A stretch of 33,649 nt of DNA from positions 1 to 33,649 of the IMG/VR virus record IMGVR_UViG_3300040971_000128, one strand, 5' to 3'. The number at the start of each line of letters is the position of its first letter. The stretch's first letter is position 1. This DNA is from a virus. Its lineage: Duplodnaviria; Caudoviricetes. This document shows, piece after piece, positions 9,213-16,798 of the stretch. Made by a program: the position numbers and the translations under genes. The notes under the pieces are model-generated. The model was not told the DNA's origin. It saw nothing but the letters and a program-made list of their open reading frames with translations, and searched no databases.

Positions 9213-10234
9213 GTAGCCTTGTCAATGTCAGTCCGCTTTTGATAAGTGACCATGGTGCCCCATTTGGAGCAAACGAGAGTCACCTTTGACTCTGTGTCGA
9301 TATCGAGGTCTTCTCCGCGTAGGCCTTGCCAGTTTGCCAGGTATAGGAGAGTACCGGTTTTGTTTTTATTGTCGAGATCTCCCGAAAAGCCGCCTTGTAG
9401 CGCCAGTGGCATTAGCTCGCCCTGCTTGGCTCGCCAAGCAAGATCGGGTTCCTTTTCAGCGAGTAAGCGACCATTTTCCCAGCACCAAATTAGGCCGCGG
9501 TCTTCAGCGCGCCAGCGGTGATCCATATCTACAAAATCGCGTATTGGTTCAGTAATTGAACGATAAAGTTTCCTGACTGGTGGGTTATAGACTTCTTTTG
9601 CGTTTCCATTTGTCGAATTATTAAGTATTTGCAGAAATATATCTTCGGAAATTTCAATATCAATATCAAGCACATTATTATGCTTGTAAGTTTTTCTTCG
9701 GCGGGCAGGTCTTCTGTTTTGCGTGGGAATTGTCGTTGGTGGCGAAACGATTTTGATTGCTTCGAGATATACCAGGCCAGCTACGCGCGCATCTTCAAGA
9801 GCGTCGTGATGTTGCAGCGGGATTTCAAGGTGCTTTGCCAGCGTATGTAGTTTATGGTTTTTTAGCTGTGGCCATGCAGCTTGCGAAACCTGGCAGCTGT
9901 CGATGTGAAAGTATTTTATTTGTGGGATGCTGTAGCGCGCAAGCGTTGATGCTATTGATTGGACATCAAAAACAGAATGAGATATGACTGTTTGATTGGA
10001 GAGCAGTTGACGCAGTTCTGGCTCAATCTCCGGGAAAGTTGGAGAGCCTGCCACTTTTTCAGGTGTTATCCCGTGAATACGTTTTTGAAGTTCGCCAAAT
10101 TCCTGCTCTGGATCTATGAGATAGTGCTTTTGTTCTAAAAGCTGACCATCCTGAAAAATAGCAAAGCCAAAAGAGCAAATGCTTTCTCTTTTCGCATTAG
10201 CAGTTTCCGTATCGATGGATATAAAGCAATTCAT
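9209..10234 (-). CDS. DEDDh 3'-5' exonuclease (DnaQ-like) with unknown C-terminal domain
   Basis: SIDTETAN, HSVFD, HHDALEDA motifs; GGAGG RBS before ATG 10234. Confidence 0.88.
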   Translation of the reverse strand: MNCFISIDTETANAKRESICSFGFAIFQDGQLLEQKHYLIDPEQEFGELQKRIHGITPEKVAGSPTFPEIEPELRQLLSNQTVISHSVFDVQSIASTLARYSIPQIKYFHIDSCQVSQAAWPQLKNHKLHTLAKHLEIPLQHHDALEDARVAGLVYLEAIKIVSPPTTIPTQNRRPARRRKTYKHNNVLDIDIEISEDIFLQILNNSTNGNAKEVYNPPVRKLYRSITEPIRDFVDMDHRWRAEDRGLIWCWENGRLLAEKEPDLAWRAKQGELMPLALQGGFSGDLDNKNKTGTLLYLANWQGLRGEDLDIDTESKVTLVCSKWGTMVTYQKRTDIDKAT

Positions 10235-10285
10235 ATTGTCCTCCCTTCCCAACCTTAAAAAATAATCAAATCTAATTTTGGGGTA

Positions 10286-10315
10286 TTGACTTAATTAGTT
10301 ATTATCGTTATTATC
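10286..10315 (+). promoter_or_regulatory. sigma70-type promoter with overlapping GTTATTATC tandem repeat
   Basis: TTGACT-N17-TATTAT; GTTATTATC at 10298-10306 and 10307-10315. Confidence 0.65.
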
Positions 10316-10320
10316 TGTGC

Positions 10321-10530
10321 ATGGATGAAGATTTGATAACTACTAAGCAAGTTGCTGAAGCGTTGCGATGCACTCAGGTGTATGTCACGCTCCTGATTAA
10401 ACGTGGACATTTCCCTGGCGCGCGCAAGCTGGACCCGACGCGCCGTAATTCTTCATTCCGTGTTCCTCGGGCGGAGCTAATTGCCTACCAAGAAAAACAA
10501 CTCTCGAAACTGCCTAAATCTGACGAATAA
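10321..10530 (+). CDS. HTH_17 / excisionase-like DNA-binding protein
   Basis: LITTKQVAEALRCT..YV..LIKRG.FPGARK...FRVP pattern; next to attP. Confidence 0.8.
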   Translation: MDEDLITTKQVAEALRCTQVYVTLLIKRGHFPGARKLDPTRRNSSFRVPRAELIAYQEKQLSKLPKSDE

Positions 10531-10562
10531 GCGTGTTTCCGCGCGCAAGTTCGTTTTTCTTT

Positions 10563-10753
10563 TGCCACGCACCTTAACAACCACATTCACATAAACAAAA
10601 AGCCACCAGGGGGCCTGATGGCTAATTCAATTTGTAAGAGTACAAATCAATAATTGCTATTGCTTTAGATGATAATCCGGGGTTTCGGAGGAGGGACGTT
10701 TCCGCGTCCCCCCTCCCCCGTTGCGCTGTCTTCCGATCGGTGCCACGCACCTT
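10563..10753 (+). repeat. 13-bp direct repeat TGCCACGCACCTT (10563-10575 and 10741-10753) beside attP
   Basis: Exact repeat in non-coding DNA; candidate Int/Xis arm sites. Confidence 0.5.
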
Positions 10754-10783
10754 TTGGGTAAAGCCGACGGGTAAAACAGCTTG

Positions 10784-10831
10784 TGAGCGCGGAGGGGATC
10801 GAACCCTCAACAAACGGCTTAAAAGGCCGCT
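10784..10831 (-). other. attP core: 3' half of a tRNA-Lys(TTT)
   Basis: Minus strand GCGGC-CTTTTAA-GCCGT-TTGTT-GAGGG-TTCGATC-CCCTC-CGCGCTC-A; no D arm or 5' acceptor strand; about 100 bp from integrase stop. Confidence 0.88.
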
Positions 10832-10859
10832 TGCCTGACTCAACCAAAACCGCAAATAT

Positions 10860-10930
10860 ACAGGATTATCAAGCTAAAGCAATGGCTCTAGAAGCCGTTG
10901 CTTTAGCTTTGATAGTCCTGTTTTTGTTTT
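10860..10930 (+). terminator. Long hairpin (about 28 bp) with U-tract between attP and integrase
   Basis: Arms 10860-10887 and 10893-10921, two G-U pairs on + strand, then TTTTTGTTTT. Confidence 0.65.
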
Positions 10931-11891
10931 AATCCTGTGAGTCTGGGGGTGCGTAGGTGGCGTCAAAAGCCTCCTGGAGCTCGTCGACCAGCAGGTTTCC
11001 GTAGATGCTGGCAGTCACATTGATGTTTTTGTGGCCGAGCAACTGCTGGGCGGTCGAGAGCGGCAAACGGCGTTTGAGCAGGCGACGGCAGAAGCGGTGG
11101 CGCCACTGGTGCGGCGAACAAGTGCCGGTGATCCCCAGGGCGCGTTTGTAGCGGGCGATCATCTGATTGATCGCCCCGGGCTTCAGGCCATTGTTCTGGC
11201 GCTGCGGCCTTTGATCCAGGAAAACAAAATCAGACTTTGATTTAGGGCGGATGGCAAGATAAGCCACCAGGGCCTCGAAGGCCGCGAGAGACATAAAAAC
11301 TTCACGGGCTTTTTTGCCCTTCTCGTGGACGGTGGCGCGGCGGTTATAGGGCGGGCTGGCGGTCGTGTTGAGATCGTCGAGCCTGAGACTGGACACTCCC
11401 CCGCGCCTGGCTCCGGTGCTCTCCATAAACAAGATAATTGCGCGGTCGCGCAGATTGCCTGCGGTGGCCTCGATAATGCTGATGACAACGTCATCCCGAA
11501 CACCCTTGCGCTGACGCTCAGGCAGGGTGGGCAACTGGACATATTTGAGCAGATCATCGACGATCAGGTGAGAATCGTATAGCCAAGATAGGATTTTGCG
11601 GGCGGCGCGCACGTAGCCGTGCATGGTATCAGGGGTAAGCGTGGGTGGGTCGGCCTGGGTGCGGGCTTCGAGGGCGCGCCACCAGTCGATGAGATGGCGC
11701 TTGGTCAGGTCGGACAGTTTCAGGTCCGGGCCGATGGCGCGGATGAACAGCCCGAGCCGGCACTTGTACCAGCGCATGGTTTCGGCAGATGCACCGATCA
11801 GCTCCTCGTCGAGGAAAGCGTCATGGGCATCGCCCAGGGTGATCTCCCTGGCAGTTTGGATGGGGGTTTCAATTGCAGTTGGTTGGTTCAT
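10929..11891 (-). CDS. int: Tyrosine integrase/recombinase
   Basis: TGARR, KGKK.R, HQWRH, LGH, IY catalytic residues; N-terminal core-binding domain; beside attP. Confidence 0.92.
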   Translation of the reverse strand: MNQPTAIETPIQTAREITLGDAHDAFLDEELIGASAETMRWYKCRLGLFIRAIGPDLKLSDLTKRHLIDWWRALEARTQADPPTLTPDTMHGYVRAARKILSWLYDSHLIVDDLLKYVQLPTLPERQRKGVRDDVVISIIEATAGNLRDRAIILFMESTGARRGGVSSLRLDDLNTTASPPYNRRATVHEKGKKAREVFMSLAAFEALVAYLAIRPKSKSDFVFLDQRPQRQNNGLKPGAINQMIARYKRALGITGTCSPHQWRHRFCRRLLKRRLPLSTAQQLLGHKNINVTASIYGNLLVDELQEAFDATYAPPDSQD

Positions 11892-12036
11892 TTTCTTCTC
11901 CCGAGTTTTTAGTGTTGTTTGCGTGACGGTCGGGGTTTCGCGACTTCCGGCAAATCCCCACTCAGGCTATTTTAGCCCTGGGCAGGGATCACGCTCATCG
12001 AATGCGCCGTTCGGGGCTGCGCATTCCTGTATTTCC

Positions 12037-12186
12037 CCTGCCAGCTCGGCAAAGCTGGCAGGCACAGAAAAATTATACCGCTTTTGGTATCAGGCGCAGT
12101 GGTTAAAAAGTGATGACCTGGCTGGGTGACCAGGTCATCGGGTTACAGGGCAGTAACCACTACGCCTCCATTTTACCCCATGGAGG
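12037..12186. promoter_or_regulatory. Structured divergent int/parB control region
   Basis: Several nested inverted repeats; minus-strand TATAAT 12072-12077; CCTCCAT/ATGGAGG stem masks the parB RBS. Confidence 0.5.
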
Positions 12187-12191
12187 TCAAA

Positions 12192-13997
12192 ATGACTGAA
12201 GAATTTCGAATTGATTTGATTTACCCGAATCCCTGGCAGCCTCGCCTGACTGAAGACCAGGATCACATCGCCAACCTGGCGGTCAGCATCGCCGACGACG
12301 GCCTGATGCAGGTGCCGACCGCACGCAGCATCGAAGGAGACCGGGTGCAGTTGGCGTTTGGCCATAGCCGCCTCGAAGCCTACCGGCTGCTGGCCCGGTT
12401 ACAAAGCGATCAAATCAGCGGTCGCAAAATAGATGCCGAGCAAGACAGCCCAATTGCGCGGGCGGCTGCTACCGCGGCGCGTTCGCTCGAACTTGGCACC
12501 ACCTACGAGCTGATGCCACTGCACATTACCGAGATCGACGACGAAAGTATGTACCGCTTTGCCGTCTCCGAAAATGTCCAGCGGCGGGATCTCTCGCCGA
12601 TCGAAACGGCCCGGGCCATGCAGCGCTACAAAGTTGAGTTCGGCAAAAAGTCAGCCGAAATCGGCGCTTTGTTTGGCGTCAACGAGGCAACAGTGCGCGG
12701 AACACTGCGTTTGCTCGACCTGCCCGATGCCTTGCAGACGAAACTAGCCAGTGGCGAAATGAGCATCAGCGATGCGCGCAAGGTACTGAGCGTCAAGCAT
12801 CTGCTGAGCGATGCAGAAGTGGCCAACCTGGTAAGCGATCGATTTACCAACGGTCGTTCGATCGCAGAAGCGTTACAGGCCAACATAGACGCAGGCGGTC
12901 TAAAGCTGATCACGATGTGGAGCCGCTGGAGCAGCGGCCAACCTTGCGGTGGAGATACGCTCTGGCCGCTGACCTGGACCTACAAAACGCCCCCCTACCG
13001 CATGCCGTCTGAAAAAGAGTTTGAGAAACTCTGGCCAGGCGAAAAAGAAATTCGCGGGCGCTCGGTTGGCAGCCTGGCACGAGACCTGGCAAACAGCATC
13101 ACAACGATTGCCCCACACCTGAGTAAAACCTGGGCACAGCTCTATGCCGAAAACAAACCGGATATTCATCCGGTGATTGACCTGCTCAAGCAGATGGCTG
13201 AACCGCCCGCCTGCACCGCCTGCACCTACTATCTCAAAAACGATGGCAATCATCTTTGCGGCCTGAAGGCCTGCTGGGACAATAAGTTTTCGTCCTGGGT
13301 ACAAAAAGAGATTAATGACCTGAGCAAGAAAACCGGGATCAAAATCTACGATCCGCAGCGTGACGGCAGGACGGTTGAAAAGTTGGAGTTTTACCACGAC
13401 CGTGACAAGACCTGGTGGGAAGAACGTCACCCTGGGCTGAGACTGTCGGTCCGAAAATCGACATGGAAGCATGGGTATACCAACAGCATGAACGTTTGCG
13501 TGCTGATGACCGGCAGTGTCGCGGAGAAGATCAAGGCTGCTGAGAAAGCGGCAAAAGAGCAGGGTGGCCTCGAAGATGGTTGGAAGCGCGAAAGCCGCAA
13601 ACGCGATCTATACATGCACGCAGTCAGGGTTTGGATGCTCGAACAGGTTTGCCCAACCTTTGCGACTGTGGTCGATGGCAAGCTTGCTGACGTGTTGCTG
13701 GATGCGCTGGCTGAGCGCTGTCGTTGGGGTGGGGACGCCATCAAAGCCAAACCCGCCGCGCAACGCGTGGTTTATGACGTGCTCTACCAGATGAACGAAG
13801 TGGAAGGTTACGCGCGTAATCATAATTATCCTGAGCCGGTGCAATACGCGGCCAACCACTTGCTCGGCGTGGCGAAGGTCTGGAGCGTGAAGCTGCCGCC
13901 GGATTGGATGGAGATCGCCGCGCGGTACGAACCGGATTTGAGCGAGTTCCCGGAATGCCAGGCCGTTTCCGCCGAAACAGAGGGGGGCGAATCATGA
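12192..13997 (+). CDS. ParB/Spo0J-family protein with long C-terminal extension and Cys cluster
   Basis: PNPWQPR, GHSRLEA, ENVQRRDLSPIE, HTH; CTAC..HLC..C; GGAGG RBS before ATG 12192. Confidence 0.88.
   Translation: MTEEFRIDLIYPNPWQPRLTEDQDHIANLAVSIADDGLMQVPTARSIEGDRVQLAFGHSRLEAYRLLARLQSDQISGRKIDAEQDSPIARAAATAARSLELGTTYELMPLHITEIDDESMYRFAVSENVQRRDLSPIETARAMQRYKVEFGKKSAEIGALFGVNEATVRGTLRLLDLPDALQTKLASGEMSISDARKVLSVKHLLSDAEVANLVSDRFTNGRSIAEALQANIDAGGLKLITMWSRWSSGQPCGGDTLWPLTWTYKTPPYRMPSEKEFEKLWPGEKEIRGRSVGSLARDLANSITTIAPHLSKTWAQLYAENKPDIHPVIDLLKQMAEPPACTACTYYLKNDGNHLCGLKACWDNKFSSWVQKEINDLSKKTGIKIYDPQRDGRTVEKLEFYHDRDKTWWEERHPGLRLSVRKSTWKHGYTNSMNVCVLMTGSVAEKIKAAEKAAKEQGGLEDGWKRESRKRDLYMHAVRVWMLEQVCPTFATVVDGKLADVLLDALAERCRWGGDAIKAKPAAQRVVYDVLYQMNEVEGYARNHNYPEPVQYAANHLLGVAKVWSVKLPPDWMEIAARYEPDLSEFPECQAVSAETEGGES
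13965..13978. promoter_or_regulatory. parS-like palindrome copy 3 (GTTTCCGCCGAAAC) at 3' end of parB
   Basis: GTTTC-N4-GAAAC; 18 bp identical to copy 4. Confidence 0.55.
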
Positions 13998-14452
13998 ACG
14001 TACTGATCGTACTGATGATCCTGGCCGTTTTGGTGCTGGCCGGGATGTTTAGCCTGGCTTCGGCCTCGCAGTCCTACGCCAGCGCGCGCCAGGCCCAGGC
14101 GGCGATCGAAGCCAGCCAGACCGCGCAAATGGCGGTGGCCGGCAACTTGATCGTGATCGTAATCCTGGGCCTGCTGGTGGTGATCTTGGCCGGTGTGGTG
14201 GTGATCCTGGTGCTGCGCAGCCGATCCCCGGCGCGCCAGGCAGGGCCCAAACGCTGGTCGAGCGGGCCAAACGCCCTATGGGGCCAGGAACCCGGCGCAA
14301 GCCTGCCCGCTCCTGACCCGCAGGCCTTATTGCTGAGCATGATGGCCTACCAGATGCTGCAACAACAACAGCGCGCGATGCAGCCGCAGGTGCAAGCCCC
14401 AGCGCTACAAGAGCCCGAAGAAGACTGGAGCGCAGTATGGCAAGATATGTGA
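13994..14452 (+). CDS. Two-TM membrane protein with Gln/Pro-rich tail
   Basis: Two long hydrophobic runs; ATGA coupling to parB. Confidence 0.8.
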   Translation: MNVLIVLMILAVLVLAGMFSLASASQSYASARQAQAAIEASQTAQMAVAGNLIVIVILGLLVVILAGVVVILVLRSRSPARQAGPKRWSSGPNALWGQEPGASLPAPDPQALLLSMMAYQMLQQQQRAMQPQVQAPALQEPEEDWSAVWQDM

Positions 14453-15408
14453 GCGTGCTGCTCGTGATCCTGCTCGGGATAGGGCTGGCAGCTTGCGGCG
14501 ACGCGAGCAACTGGACTACAGCCTACCCGGCGGCATCACTCTCCTACTCTGCAACACCCGACGTGTATGACCTGGCCCTGGGAAACGTCCAGGCACAGGC
14601 CACGCTCGAAGCGATCAACGGCACGTCACAAGCGATCTCTGCCGGGCTGACCGCCACCGAATACGCGCCGACGCGCGCGGCGGCTGAAACGGCCACCGAA
14701 CAAGCTTGGATGTTGCAAGTTTGGACGGCGACTGCCGCATCACAACAAACGGCTGCATCGTCTGGCCAGACCGCGACCGCCCAGTGGTGGACGCCAACCC
14801 CCAGCCAGACCCCAACCCCCAACTATACCGGCACAGTCGAATCCGCTGCCGCGGCAGCCCAGGCCACCGCGCTCTACGGCGAGGCGGTCAGCGTAGAGCT
14901 GGCCATCGAGCGCGATCGCATGATGAACCAGGTGCAGGCCATCGCGCCTTTGATCGCACTAGTCGCGGTGCTGGTGGTGGTGCTGGTCATGGCCTGGCGC
15001 TGGAGCCAGGTAAGACCGATCCAGCGAGACGCGCGCGGTGATGCGCCGCTGCTGGTGATCGACGGCTCGATCTACGATGCCGACCGAAACCCGCATCCGC
15101 TGCTAGATATGTCTGGAAAGCGACCGGCCATCCCGGCCCTGACGGATGCGGCCCTACAGGCGGCGACCACGGCCCGCGACCAGCTGGTCGATCTGGCCAC
15201 CCGAGGCCAACCAGGCCCGGGGCGGCCGCCGCGCAAGGCCCTGGCCGACCAGATGGCGCAACAAAGCCAGATCGCGCCGTCTTCGGAAATCCGGGTATTG
15301 TCTCCTGAACAGGCGCGCCCGCTCCTGGGCGATGTAATCCCAGGGATTGTGCGCGACGCGATCGAGACCGATTTGCAAGGCCACCAGGAGGTGGTCGACG
15401 ATGGATGA
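14437..15408 (+). CDS. Putative lipoprotein with Ala/Thr-rich linker, internal TM and C-terminal domain
   Basis: Signal peptide ending LAAC lipobox; TM IAPLIALVAVLVVVLVMAW. Confidence 0.8.
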   Translation: MARYVSVLLVILLGIGLAACGDASNWTTAYPAASLSYSATPDVYDLALGNVQAQATLEAINGTSQAISAGLTATEYAPTRAAAETATEQAWMLQVWTATAASQQTAASSGQTATAQWWTPTPSQTPTPNYTGTVESAAAAAQATALYGEAVSVELAIERDRMMNQVQAIAPLIALVAVLVVVLVMAWRWSQVRPIQRDARGDAPLLVIDGSIYDADRNPHPLLDMSGKRPAIPALTDAALQAATTARDQLVDLATRGQPGPGRPPRKALADQMAQQSQIAPSSEIRVLSPEQARPLLGDVIPGIVRDAIETDLQGHQEVVDDG

Positions 15409-16798
15409 AAAACTTGTGATTTCTCACCGGCACATGCGGCTGGCACAGTCGGTCAGTAAGCGCTTATCGCTTTCGCTGGCGCGCCGAAAACTACAGCCTG
15501 CATTTAGTGACTTTTACGTAACGACCCTTTCGGGCATGACGCCGCTGATCGCGGTGCTCGACACGAGCAAGATCGGCGACCACACGCCCTACACCCGCCC
15601 AGACTTGCTGCACCAGCTCTCGACCGATCTGGGCGGCATGCCGGTCTATCTCTCAAACCATAGCGGCATCCGCTACGTGGTGCTGCTCTCGCCGCTGCCA
15701 AAGCTGGCCCACAAAATTGAGCTGCCGGCAGATGTGCCTCGCGGAAAGCTGGCAATCGGGATGCAGTTTACCGGTAAGCCGGTACTGGTCGAGTGGGAAA
15801 CCATGCGCCACATGGCCGTTTTGGGCGCGTCTGGCTCTGGCAAGACAACCATGCTGCAATCGATCGTGACCCAGGCCATCCGCGACGAAATGATGCTGAT
15901 GCTCTCTGACCTGGACGGTGCTGGTTTTGCAGCGCTGGACGGCCATCCACTTTTGGCAGCACCGGTCGCCAATACGGCGCAGGACGCCCTGGGGCTGGTC
16001 GAGATGGCCATCAGTGAGTTTGACCGGCGCGCAGAGCTCTACAAGGCCATGCCGGAGCACCCGCAAAAGTTAAGCGACTATAACGCGGTGGCCTTCAGGC
16101 GCTCGATGCCCACACTGCCACGCATCCTGGTGATCCTGGACGAGGCCAGCAGCGTGCTAACCGCTCTCGGTGGGGCAAAAGGCGCGATGGGCCAGGCCCT
16201 GGCCACACTTGGCTGGCGCGGGCGCAAGTTCGGGGTGCATTTCGTTTTTGCAGCCCAGGAATTTACAAAGGATATCCTGGGACCGGTGCGCGAGCAGGCC
16301 GGGATCACACTCTGTTTTCGGACTGGCAGCGCGCAAGGGCTGATGGCGGCCCGGATGGGCTGTAAAGGCGCGGAGCGCATCCCGGAGGGACGCCAGGGAC
16401 TGGCGATCAGCAACCGGCATGGGCCGATCCAGACTTACTTTGTCGATGGCAGCATGCTCGGAAATCCGACCACACTGCTGCCGACCATCAGCGATTATGA
16501 GCGAGCGCTATTTACAGCGGCGCGCGCGCAGTACGACGGCAAGCTGAGCCGGGATGTGCTGACTGCCCTGGGGGTTGGTCAGCGAGAAGGGCGCAGGCTC
16601 CAGGATGATTGGAGATTGCGCGGTTGGGCCTGGAATGATCCGAATCGGGGAAATAGTTTGTATATCACCAATAAATTGGCCGATTTACTGACCAGCCGAC
16701 CAGCCCGACCAGCCCAGACCAGCCCTGACCAGCCTGACCAGCCGCCTGACCAGCCTGACCAGCCGACTTATTACAACCAACGAGGAGATATCTCATGA
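15401..16798 (+). CDS. FtsK/SpoIIIE-family DNA translocase (TraB/TcpA-like) with putative C-terminal winged helix
   Basis: HMAVLGASGSGKT Walker A, ILVILDE Walker B, GRKFGVHFVFAAQ, GAERIP..QG; AGGAGG RBS. Confidence 0.9.
   Translation: MDEKLVISHRHMRLAQSVSKRLSLSLARRKLQPAFSDFYVTTLSGMTPLIAVLDTSKIGDHTPYTRPDLLHQLSTDLGGMPVYLSNHSGIRYVVLLSPLPKLAHKIELPADVPRGKLAIGMQFTGKPVLVEWETMRHMAVLGASGSGKTTMLQSIVTQAIRDEMMLMLSDLDGAGFAALDGHPLLAAPVANTAQDALGLVEMAISEFDRRAELYKAMPEHPQKLSDYNAVAFRRSMPTLPRILVILDEASSVLTALGGAKGAMGQALATLGWRGRKFGVHFVFAAQEFTKDILGPVREQAGITLCFRTGSAQGLMAARMGCKGAERIPEGRQGLAISNRHGPIQTYFVDGSMLGNPTTLLPTISDYERALFTAARAQYDGKLSRDVLTALGVGQREGRRLQDDWRLRGWAWNDPNRGNSLYITNKLADLLTSRPARPAQTSPDQPDQPPDQPDQPTYYNQRGDIS
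16690..16764 (+). repeat. Eight perfect GACCAGCC direct repeats (clt-like array)
   Basis: Copies start at 16690, 16698, 16707, 16717, 16727, 16736, 16748, 16757. Confidence 0.93.

Noticed and set aside
10784-10855. Complete tRNA-Lys gene
   Set aside because: No D arm or 5' acceptor strand; it is an attP fragment
11779-11792. Additional parS-like sites (also near 1362, 10535, 10995)
   Set aside because: Only one arm matches
12093-12166. tRNA remnant (GGCGTAGTGGTTA resembles a D arm)
   Set aside because: No anticodon or T arm; explained as an inverted-repeat arm
16690-16764. CRISPR array
   Set aside because: 8-bp units with 0-4 nt spacers; no cas genes
15401-16798. Packaging ATPase or T4SS coupling protein
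   Set aside because: Complete TerS/TerL/portal present; no relaxase or VirB-like genes
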